Virus record (IMG/VR): IMGVR_UViG_3300031613_000001
Source of the DNA: an uncultured virus (IMG/VR IMGVR_UViG_3300031613_000001)
Lineage: Duplodnaviria > Heunggongvirae > Uroviricota > Caudoviricetes > Crassvirales
Length of the DNA stretch: 37,902 nt
Strand: one strand, 5' to 3'
Shown here: positions 1 to 10,600 of the stretch, piece by piece
Layout of the letters: every line of letters starts with the position of its first letter
Position numbering within the stretch: the first letter of the stretch is position 1
Made by a program: the position numbers and the translations under genes
The notes under the pieces: generated by a model
What the model saw: only the letters and a program-made list of their open reading frames with translations
Databases searched by the model: none
What the model was told of the DNA's origin: nothing

Positions 1-3000
1 CTATTTTTACCTTGCTCTCTTACTAAATCACTTTTACTTATTTCACCTGTTTTTTTAAAAAAAGCAACAAGAGCTTTTGCGTCAATATTTCTTCTAAGAA
101 CACTTGATTCACCTATTACAGTTAATAAAACATCTGCTTCTGCTTCTATTTCTTTCTTTTGTTTGTAATTTTCAGCCATCATAGTATCCATAGCTAACAT
201 AGTACTTAAATCATAAGATTGATCTTTAACATTTATTTTATTTCTATAGTAAACAGGTAATGAATTAACAGCTTGATTATTTAAATCTGTACGAGTTCTT
301 TCATACATTTGATCATCAGTTTCTTCATTTATTAAATTACCGTAACTATCTTCATCTTTTCTATCTTTAAAAATATCTTTTATTCCTGTTTTAACAGCAT
401 TTACAGCTTTACCACTGAGTATTTTATCACTAGTTGACTGTGTAATACCATTTAATCTAATAAAAACAGGTCCATCTTCAAAAGGTTGTCTAAAAAGACT
501 ATTTATACCATTAGTTTTTTCATTGTTTTCTTTTAATTGCTGAATATAAAAATCATAATAATCTTTTTTAAAACCACTTAAAGCAGTGTATTTTGGATTT
601 ATCCATTTATTAATAGGTTTATTATTTTTATAATTTTCTTTAATCCATTTATTTCTTTCATTTTTAATTTGAATATGTTCTTTACTACCATATTCTAAAT
701 TATTTAACTTTCTTTCAAAATCTTCAACTATATCATTAAACTCTGATTTATATTGAGTTACAAAATATTGATTATCTTTGGTTTTATCAAGCATAAAAGC
801 ATAACGCTTTTCATTAGAATTACCTTGGAAATTAGCTTTTCTTTCTTTTACTGCTATTTTATTACGTTGAGTCATTGATACTTGTCTAACTTTAAAATCA
901 GCTTCATCAATTTTTTCACTCAATATACTTATAAAAGTACTATCTGTTAATTTTTCACTAGATGCATAAGTATCAAAACCTGAAATGTCTATATTAATAA
1001 GATCTAAACTTTTTCTTATTTTTGCTCTTTTTTCAGCTTGAATAGAATCTATATTTTCATTCATTTGCTCAGTTATATATTCATCTTTAGTATAACCTGT
1101 AGGTTTGTTTTTATTATATTCTCTTTCAAAGATTTCATAATACTCTGTAGTAACCCTATCATTTTTAGCTGCTAAAGGTTCTATTAAAGCATCTTTCATT
1201 TTATCAATTAAAGATTTATAAACTGTATTATATTGAGATTCTACATAATCTAAATTTTTTGTAAGTTTTTTATATTCTTCTTCAGTTATTTTATTATATT
1301 TTTTTAAACTAAAAGCAATATCTCTAATGCTATCATTATTAGAAAATATTACCATATAAGATTTAAATCTAGATAAATAATCTAAAGAAGGGTTCTCTTT
1401 ATTTTGTATTGAATTTTTTAATATATATAACTCATCTACTGAAAAATTTAGATATTCTAATATTGCTTTTTCTTCAGATTTACTTTGAAGATCTTTTAAA
1501 TTATCTTGTATTTTTTTATATTTATCTTTATATTTACCACCTTTTGCATCATTTGACTTAACTTTAACATCTTCAATAGTTGCATATATACGTGTTATAA
1601 GATTTTTTACGTTAGTAAGTTCTTTTTCAAGATTGTCTTCAATCTCTTTTTTACTTTTTATACTATCTCTAGTTCTTTTTTCAAAAGTCATATTAAGAGA
1701 TGACTGATTATTATTACTATATTCTTCTGATGCAATATCTATAATGGAATTTACAATTTCTTGAACTTTAATAGAATCATAATTTTTATTATTTAAACCT
1801 AAAAATTCTTTAATTGCATTTATAAATTGCTTCCATACAGATTCATTACTTTCAACAGCTTTTAATTTATTTCTAAAGCTACTATTAGTCATTATCTCTG
1901 ATGTAAATTCATTTATATTAGTGAAACCATAATTGTCACCTTTTAAATTTGCATACTCAGCAGCTTTAGTATAATAATCAAAAGCTTTTTGTATATTATT
2001 TCTAAAAGCAATTTGTTTATCAGTTTTAGGTTGATTAAGAGCTACAGCTGTTATGTCATGTGTTCCTTCATGTAATATAGATTCTATAACATAATAAAGA
2101 TTAGAGTTTCCTATAATGTCTTTATTTAATAATATAGTACGAGTTAAACTATCATATCTACCAATAACTTCGTCTGTTAAAACAGCTGATGTTACAAATT
2201 TAATTTTAGATCTACTAGGTAGTAAAGCTTTCATTAAAGCTAACCCTTCTTCATTTATTTTTATATTAGAATTAGAATATAAATTTCTAAGAAAAGCATT
2301 TAAGGTAGTAGGTTTAAATGTACCATCAAATAACTCATTTAAAATATCAGATTTGTTTTTATTTATTTCTTCTTCTGATATATTAGCAGGTGCTATTGAA
2401 ACTTTTGTTTTATCAAACATAAAAGATTTATATTCTTTCTTTTTAGCTTGTTGACGCTCTAAATTTAAAGTAAACGATTCATTACTATCTTCTAACTTAG
2501 TAGTTATTTCATTCCAAGTATTATTAAACTCATCAGTAACTTCTTGAATACGTCCTTTATATAATTTATTAAGAATATTAGTAACTCTATTAGTATAAAA
2601 AGCTTCAATAGGTTTAAGTTTCTCAATTCCTTGAGATTTCATTTCTTGTTTTTGTTTTTCAAGGTTTTCAAGAGTTTTAGTTCTATTTACTTTTTTAAAT
2701 ATAGCTCCTTTTTCTTCTAATTGTTGTTTTTTTGTTTTACCTATACCGTCATAATCAGAATTTAATTCTTGCTCTGTCAACCCACTTGCAGATAATTCCC
2801 CATCAGGTCTATACATATCATATGTAAACTTTTTCTTTTCTTCTTCTATTTTAGCATTAAGTTTTTTAATGTCATCAGCAATAGTTTGATGACCTTCTAC
2901 TTTAGCAGCAGTTTCACCTGTAGGAAATAATACTTTTTTATAACCTTTTTTAACACTATCTTGAACTATAGCTTGTATAAAGAAATTAACCCAATTACCT

Positions 3001-4679
3001 TTTTTGTTTAGAAGTTGTAGAAATTTGTTTTCTTTATTTTGTAATAAACTTATTTTAGTATTAACTCTATCTAGATCTATTTTAATAGTACCTTTTAATA
3101 TATTTAAAGTTTCTTTTTCTAATTTATCTTCTAATTCTTTCTTTTTAGTTTCTAACTCTTGTATATTATCAGTATTCACTAAATCCTTTTTATCCCTACC
3201 TTTTTGAAATAAATCACTCTGCAACTCTAAAATTCTTCTGGTTTTAGAATTTTTAGAATTAAACAAATCTTCTTCAAATTGTTCATTACTTATTAAATTA
3301 TTGTTTTTAAAACTTTCAAATACAATTACTCCTCCAATTTTAACTTGTTTTCTTACGTATGTATCATCTTTAAATGTAAAATTATTAGTAAAATGAGTAT
3401 CTTTTATATTATTAGTTGTTTTATTGTCACTCCTAAACCAACCTATACCATTATCTGTACTAAACTGACCATGACCTTTAATATTAGGTACAATATCAGG
3501 TGTAGCTATTTCATTTTCTGTGTAATTAGTACCTCCTGGGACTGTAAGATTAGAATAATATTGAGTATTTTTTTCTTCTAAATCTTCTTCTTGTTCAAAA
3601 TAATAACTATCATCTAATGCACCATCTTCTGTATTTCCTAAAAAACTATTACTTCTTTTTTCTTTAGCAGTATTAATTTCAACAGTAAAACTATTTTCAG
3701 CTAATAAAGATGTAATAATTTCTTCTCTTAGGTTGTCTTGATTATATATTTTAGCTTGTTCTTCTTCTGTAATAATGTAAATTTGTTTTGAGTCAAATAT
3801 TGCAATATTAGTTTTTTCAATATTTGCATCAAATCCCTTATCAATTAGTTCTTGATTGCTTTTACCACTCCTGTTATTACTTCTTGAATTAACATTTTCA
3901 CTATAAGGATTTGATACATTTACAACAGCTTTTATTAACTCTCCTTTATCGTAAACGGAAGCTTCTTTGATATTTTTATCAAAGTATATTCCAGTACCCA
4001 AATGAGCAGAATTTAAACCAGCAAAAATATGGTTTACAGCATTAAATTTTTCTTTATTTTTTATAGGTAAATTTGAATAATCTTGATTAAATTCAGGATA
4101 ATCTAAAATTAACTCTTCATAAGAAGAATAAGATTTATTTTTATATATTCTCTCTGGACGAGAACTTCCATGATATACTATTTGCTTTACTTTTGTATCA
4201 GGAAATATAGATTTAATAAACTCTTGTTCAGAAACTTTACCTTTATACTTATCTAATATAATTTGCTTTTGTTCTTTAGGTATTTGAAGCTCTGTTAAAA
4301 TTTTATTAAGATCCCAACCATTCTTATTAGCTTTAGCAAATACTTGTGTAGCTTTATCAGTATTAAGAATTTCTACAGCTGACAATTTATAATTAGCATT
4401 ATTACTGTTTCTAAAATTGTCAATAGCAATCATGTATTTATCATAAAGTTTATCTGATATTGTTATATTAACAGTACCAGGAAGGTCAGTTACGTCGTTT
4501 TTTACGTAACTAACCATCTTTTCTTTTACCTTATCATTAATTGCTTTAATAGCATTTAAGTTATCAGTATTAAACTTTTGAGTAACTGTTGCTACGCCAT
4601 TAGTAATTTTACCTATATTTTTTACTTCTCTTTGTACAAGATTTTGTACTGTAATATCTACGTCTAATTTACACGCCAT
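1..4679 (-). CDS. Giant virion cargo/polyvalent protein (phi14:2 gp67-like position), 3' end outside the window; ART-like, GNAT-like and zincin domains
   Basis: Not in the ORF track. Manual translation from ATG at 4679 (MACKLDVDITVQNLVQ...) stays open to the window edge (1559 codons). It contains SIFPDTKVKQIVYHGSS...LGTGIYF...KGFDANI...AIFDSKQI (~4210-3775), YSNLTVPGGTNYTE...LELQSDLFQK...KKGYKKVLFPTG (~3560-2500) and ILHEGTH...YGFTNINEF (HExxH at 2072-2058). It lies directly downstream of the RNAP gene, as in crAss-like phages. Confidence 0.88.
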   Translation of the reverse strand, partial: MACKLDVDITVQNLVQREVKNIGKITNGVATVTQKFNTDNLNAIKAINDKVKEKMVSYVKNDVTDLPGTVNITISDKLYDKYMIAIDNFRNSNNANYKLSAVEILNTDKATQVFAKANKNGWDLNKILTELQIPKEQKQIILDKYKGKVSEQEFIKSIFPDTKVKQIVYHGSSRPERIYKNKSYSSYEELILDYPEFNQDYSNLPIKNKEKFNAVNHIFAGLNSAHLGTGIYFDKNIKEASVYDKGELIKAVVNVSNPYSENVNSRSNNRSGKSNQELIDKGFDANIEKTNIAIFDSKQIYIITEEEQAKIYNQDNLREEIITSLLAENSFTVEINTAKEKRSNSFLGNTEDGALDDSYYFEQEEDLEEKNTQYYSNLTVPGGTNYTENEIATPDIVPNIKGHGQFSTDNGIGWFRSDNKTTNNIKDTHFTNNFTFKDDTYVRKQVKIGGVIVFESFKNNNLISNEQFEEDLFNSKNSKTRRILELQSDLFQKGRDKKDLVNTDNIQELETKKKELEDKLEKETLNILKGTIKIDLDRVNTKISLLQNKENKFLQLLNKKGNWVNFFIQAIVQDSVKKGYKKVLFPTGETAAKVEGHQTIADDIKKLNAKIEEEKKKFTYDMYRPDGELSASGLTEQELNSDYDGIGKTKKQQLEEKGAIFKKVNRTKTLENLEKQKQEMKSQGIEKLKPIEAFYTNRVTNILNKLYKGRIQEVTDEFNNTWNEITTKLEDSNESFTLNLERQQAKKKEYKSFMFDKTKVSIAPANISEEEINKNKSDILNELFDGTFKPTTLNAFLRNLYSNSNIKINEEGLALMKALLPSRSKIKFVTSAVLTDEVIGRYDSLTRTILLNKDIIGNSNLYYVIESILHEGTHDITAVALNQPKTDKQIAFRNNIQKAFDYYTKAAEYANLKGDNYGFTNINEFTSEIMTNSSFRNKLKAVESNESVWKQFINAIKEFLGLNNKNYDSIKVQEIVNSIIDIASEEYSNNNQSSLNMTFEKRTRDSIKSKKEIEDNLEKELTNVKNLITRIYATIEDVKVKSNDAKGGKYKDKYKKIQDNLKDLQSKSEEKAILEYLNFSVDELYILKNSIQNKENPSLDYLSRFKSYMVIFSNNDSIRDIAFSLKKYNKITEEEYKKLTKNLDYVESQYNTVYKSLIDKMKDALIEPLAAKNDRVTTEYYEIFEREYNKNKPTGYTKDEYITEQMNENIDSIQAEKRAKIRKSLDLINIDISGFDTYASSEKLTDSTFISILSEKIDEADFKVRQVSMTQRNKIAVKERKANFQGNSNEKRYAFMLDKTKDNQYFVTQYKSEFNDIVEDFERKLNNLEYGSKEHIQIKNERNKWIKENYKNNKPINKWINPKYTALSGFKKDYYDFYIQQLKENNEKTNGINSLFRQPFEDGPVFIRLNGITQSTSDKILSGKAVNAVKTGIKDIFKDRKDEDSYGNLINEETDDQMYERTRTDLNNQAVNSLPVYYRNKINVKDQSYDLSTMLAMDTMMAENYKQKKEIEAEADVLLTVIGESSVLRRNIDAKALVAFFKKTGEISKSDLVREQGKN

Positions 4680-4690
4680 AATTTATTATT

Positions 4691-7600
4691 TTAACACTGT
4701 GGTTCAGTTGGTACATCATTTTCACCAAATAAATCTAATTGTTCATTTTCTTTTTTACTATTAACGTTTTCACCAGTTTCATTTACATTTTGTAAAGATA
4801 AAACATTTTCTTCAGACTGCAAAGTTTTTTCTAATTGTTTTATATCACTATTAAATATAAGATCTTTTAAAGCATCTACATTTTTATATCTTTGTGATTC
4901 TAAATAATGAGCTGTTTTAGCAGCTTCTACAAAATCTAAAACTTTTAATTGATTAGCAATATCATCTTTTTTTGGATTTACACCATCATTATTTTCAAGA
5001 AAAGAACTTTGTTTCTTACCATATTCTTTATAAGTTACTTTAGAAGATTTATTTCTATAACCTTTCTTTTCAATTCTTTCATAAACAGGAGCATAATAAA
5101 AATCAGTTGTTTGACCTGCTGGATTTAATATAGGTCTTTTTATATTACCTACATATTCATATAAAGCAACTTGATTATCTTCACTATCAAAAGATAGTGA
5201 TTCAGTTTTAATATATGGTGTATAAGATTCAGTAGATAAATCAGTAGAATTATCTGAGTTTTTTCTACTATCTACTTTATATGATTTTAAAGATTTTTGA
5301 TTGTTTATATATACTAAGTTATTAGTTTTTTGTATACCAATAATTAAATCTGCATTTATTTTTCTAACAATTTTATTATCTTCATAATTGTTTTGTGCGT
5401 ATTCTTTATGAAAGCTCTGTGCATAACTAGAATTACTCATTTTAATCATTTGTTCTCTAATAAAAGCTTGAACTGATTGATATAAATTTTGATTAACTAC
5501 ATTACCTTTAGAATCTGTTGTATTTCCAGTATTAACTTTATGATAATTTAAAAAAAACTCATGAGGTATCATATCATTAAAATCTATTAATGATTGGTTA
5601 AATCCATTCATTACAAAAGAAGATCTAATAATATCTTTACCTAATATAAAATCATTTTTATAAATATCATAAAAAGCATTTGAAATATCATTTTTTTGAT
5701 TTACATCTAATTTAGATATATCTATACCAAATGAATTTTCATAAAATGTTAAAACATTAATAAATGCATTACCATTTTTTTCTGCTTGTTTATTTTGATA
5801 TTTAATAATTCTTTCTTTAACATCATTAACAAAATCAACAGGATTACCTTCAATTTGTAAAACTGGATATTTAGACATTAATGAAGAATATAATTCTTTA
5901 CTTAATTTAGATATCATTTTTTTATCAGTAGATCTACCCATAGAACCACCATAAGAACTTGCTGTTGTCATTGATATATTATCTATAACATTTAAAAATT
6001 CTCTGTTAGCACTTAAAAATATACTAGGATTAGCATTTAATATATCAGATGCAAAAAATACAGAATTTAATAACTGTGTACCTAAAGAAGTTAATTTATT
6101 ATTTCTAACATATTTTTCCATATGTCCGTTTAATTCACCATCTTTTTCTTGTTTATTAAATAAATCAAGTAAATTATTTTGATAAACTAACATATCTGAA
6201 AAATTCTTACCTGAACCTAATGTATCAAATCTAGACAAATTAACAGATGATTCTAATTTTTTAGATTTATCTTGGTAATCTTTAAACGTCATTAAAATTT
6301 CAATATCTTTTATTGTAGGATTTTCAATATCTGAATTATATGAATCTACAAGTTCTGAATAAGAATAAACTTGTCTATTTGTTTTTTTAAGTTTTTCAAT
6401 TTCTTTATTTATTAAAAAAGGATCAGTATTATTTATATGTTTAGAAACTGTATCATATAATAAAGCTTCATAAGAAGACTTATTCATATGCTTATCTTCT
6501 TTTTGTACAGATATTGATTCAAAGTTTTTTGTAAACTCAGTTAATTTTTTTAAAATAGGTTGACCTATAAAAGCATCAGTCCAATAAGGATGAACACCAG
6601 CTCTTGTAAGCATAAAAGCTACATTACTAGTATATGTATCGTAGTTACCTTGTTCTATATAAGGATCTTTAGCATTATCAACAAAAGCATTCATAAATGC
6701 AGATATTGTATCACCTATTTTAAAAGATCTTAATGTTTTATAACTAACTTTTTCTCCAGTATTTTCTTTAATTCTTGCAGCTGCTATTTTAGATTCTTCT
6801 ACAGTAAGTTTTATAGAAGAAGATGTACCAGTAAGAGGATTAGTATCAAAAACAGTTTCATTTTTAGCATTTACAAAACCTAAACCATCACCTATATTAT
6901 ATTGATTAAATCTAAGATTAACCATATTTTTAGATATATTATGGTCAACTGCCATATTAGCCGATATACCAACACCTGCTTTACCTAACATATAAGTGTT
7001 TTTAAGATCTACTTGATATATACCATCGTAAAACTTAAAGTTTTCATTTACATCACCTTTTGTATTTAAAGATTTAATATGATTTTTAACATAATCAAAA
7101 TCAATAGGTCTAATTAAATCTGGATATGTAGATTTATTAGTTAATATAGACCAATAAGCATCAAATAACATGTTATTTAAACCTTTAGTAGTTTCTTTAT
7201 TTGAAGGTGCTTTTTCTATTTTAGAAATATTACCTTCTCCTATTGATTCAGCTAAGGCTTTTGATGCTTTTGATTCACCTTTTACTATATGATCAACTAT
7301 AATGTTAAAATACTGATCTTCTAATAAATATTCATCTGTAGCTGAAAATAATGTAACCATTTCTTCTTTGGTTAATTGTATACCAGTTTGTTCTACTAAA
7401 TCATCATAAAATTCTGTTATTTCATTTACATCATTTACATTACTTACATTATTTTTTATAACGTTATTTAAATACTTTTTAGCAGCTTTATAAGTTTTTT
7501 TATTATATGTATACTTTAATTCAGGTAACATTACATACATTTTATCAATATCAAAGTCACTACCTGTTTTAGTAGTGATTTCAGTATATGCTATAATAGT

Positions 7601-10600
7601 ATCATTCATGTTTGGAGGTAATATACCAACTATGTCTAATGAGTCGTTAGAACTCATTCCTTGGTTTGGTATACGATATCCTATTATTTTTAGTATTTCA
7701 GGATCTAATTTTTCATTAAGTTCTTTTATAGTCATCTTTCTATAATTAGGTATAGCTTTTGCTATATCAGAATGAGATATAAATACTTGACCCGGTTTTT
7801 GTTTTATATTGCCATCTTTATCTTCATATAACGTAGGTGGTTTTAATTCACTTGGTTCAACTAACCAAGTTACACCTATTTTATTACCTTCAGCTATATC
7901 AATACCATAGTTAGACATTTGAATAAATGAACCACCATTAGTTTTAGTATTACTAGCTGCTCTTCTTATTTTAGAAAATAATATAGAATACATTTTATCT
8001 CTCATTGAAGGCATTGCTTCAATAAGCATTCTTTTATTTACTGCATCTTTTATATTATCACTAAAATCATCAGGGTTATCATCTATTTCTTGTTGGATAA
8101 TTTCATAAAGCTTTTCTTTATTTATTGTATTATCTTCTTCTTTACCTAAAATTTTTGCAAGCTTTTCTATTCCTTTATTTGAAATATCAGAAAGTATACT
8201 ATTGATATGATCTATAATTCCAAAACCTCTATATTCAATACCATCTACATTGTATATTTCATCTTTTTTAACTGATGAATATATATTTTTTTGTATTTGA
8301 GAACCTAATAAAGTTTGTTTCATTAACTTAACTGGAAGATCTTGTTGTAATTTCCACTCAAAGTTATTTAATTTTTGTATATTAAAATTTATTTTATCAC
8401 CAGATATATTAACAGGTATATTAGCACCTACTTTAACACCTTGTACAGTAACTGCTTCATCAACACCTTGATTAATCATTTCATTATAAAGAGTCTCTAA
8501 TTTAGACTCATTAACTAATATTGGACTAAGTACAGCTTGTGAATATTTCATATATGTAGGAACTCCATTAACTACACCATAATAAACACCTTTAAGTGGT
8601 TGTGATGATAATTTTAATTCCTTAGCTGTAAAAGGTTCTTTATTTTCATTAAGCATTTTATCATATACAGCATTATGAGCATCTGTCCATTTACCTGCTC
8701 TATCTAATATAAACTTCCACCTTGCTGGTGTTATCCACGCTTGTGCATCAGTTTGATCTACACTTTCTTTATAACCACCTATTATATTTTCTCTTTCTTT
8801 TTTATTAGTTATACCAGCTAATTTTAATGAATTATCTAAATTTTCATAATATTTAGAACCAGCTACTTGGTCTTCTACTACAGCCATATTAAATTTAGAA
8901 TCACCTTCTGTTAAACCTAATCTTAAATATGTACCATCTGTATAAGTAGCTGGAACACGTTTAAAGAAATCAACCATTGTTTTATAATAAGCTGGATCTC
9001 CTGTAAATAATTTAGTATATTCAACATTTGCTATAATAGTATTAATAGTATAATCTGATACCATATGGTACAAAGAAGATCTAGTAAAAACTCCATCTTC
9101 AGCATTATACGTATTTCTTATTTTATTATCAATAGCAGCAAACGTATAACTATTATCTGATAATCTTTTGATTATACCTTTTTTAATTAAAGATGATACA
9201 TTTTCTACAAGTCTAGTAGTTAACATTCCATTTAAAATATTAACAATATTTGCTTTATGAACATCTTCGTTTAATTCATTTTTACCAAGATTAGGTGAGT
9301 TATCAGAATTAAAAATATTAGAAGCTGCTAATTTACTTTTTAAAGTATTATAGTTAATTTCAGGTGATATTTGAGATTTAAATGCCTGACCAACTAATTT
9401 TTTATTAGGTTGATTATTATTTTGATAATCTTCAAATGTTTTTATGGAAACTGAATCACCATTAATATTGTCATACGAACCTACATTACCATTTTTATCT
9501 GTATGATAATGTAATTTTAAATCTTCATATTTTTGAGTTTTTAAATCGTTAAATGCATCAACCATTCTATTATATTCATCTGTAAAATAATTATAGAATT
9601 TATCAGTTGTTTCTTTAGTAAATGACATGTCTTTTGACGTTCTTATATTCTCTAAAGTTTCATTAAAAAATTGACCTATTTTAATTTCATATGCAGTAGA
9701 TTTATCTGCTGGTAATATAGTAGAATATATAGGTGTAATAGAACCTGTAAGCTCACCATTATCATTAGTGATACTAGCACCCATTACTTTACCAAATCTA
9801 TCTATAATCTGATCTACAGACGATATTGATTTATTATCAACAGCTTTATCAGCTTTATTTTTTTCTTGATATTGTAAAAATCTAGTAGAACTAAATTCAT
9901 CTAATCTTTTATTAGACATATCTTCTCTATCTTTACCTACATAAACAAATTTACCTTCTGAATCTAATTCTTCAGCAAGTAAATAATCTACAAATAAACT
10001 GTGTTTACTTATACTTTTTTTTCTAATATCTTTTAATAATTGTTTATCTTCTTTAAATAAATTAATAGTATTAGATAAAAAAGATGGATTTCCATAAACC
10101 CAAAACATTTTATTCATACTATAAACAGTAGAATCTTTTATATCATTTTGTGTTTTAGCTGTATAAACAGCAAGATCATTAAACAATCTAGATTTATTAT
10201 TATCTATAAATGAATAATTTTCTACATCTTTATTTTTTTTAAAATCTAACAATGCTTGATTTAATGCTGAATAAAGATCAGTAATGTTTTTTCTAACGTC
10301 TTTTGCAAATGTTTCACTTTGATTATTTTCAACCAATACTGAATGCATTACAAATTCATCTATATTATCAATACCTAATTGTTTAAATATAGATATTAAA
10401 CCTTTTTTTTCATTTAATACAGCTCTTTTGTATTCTGAAGAAAATCTATCTAAGTTAACAGTATCAAGATCTATACCTGAAAATATAGCATTTTGCCTAT
10501 CAAATGAATTTTTATATTTATCTATAATAGAATATAATAAATCAGAATTTATTTTACCATCTTTAGTAAATTTTTTAACTATTTTTTGTTCCCAGTTTTT

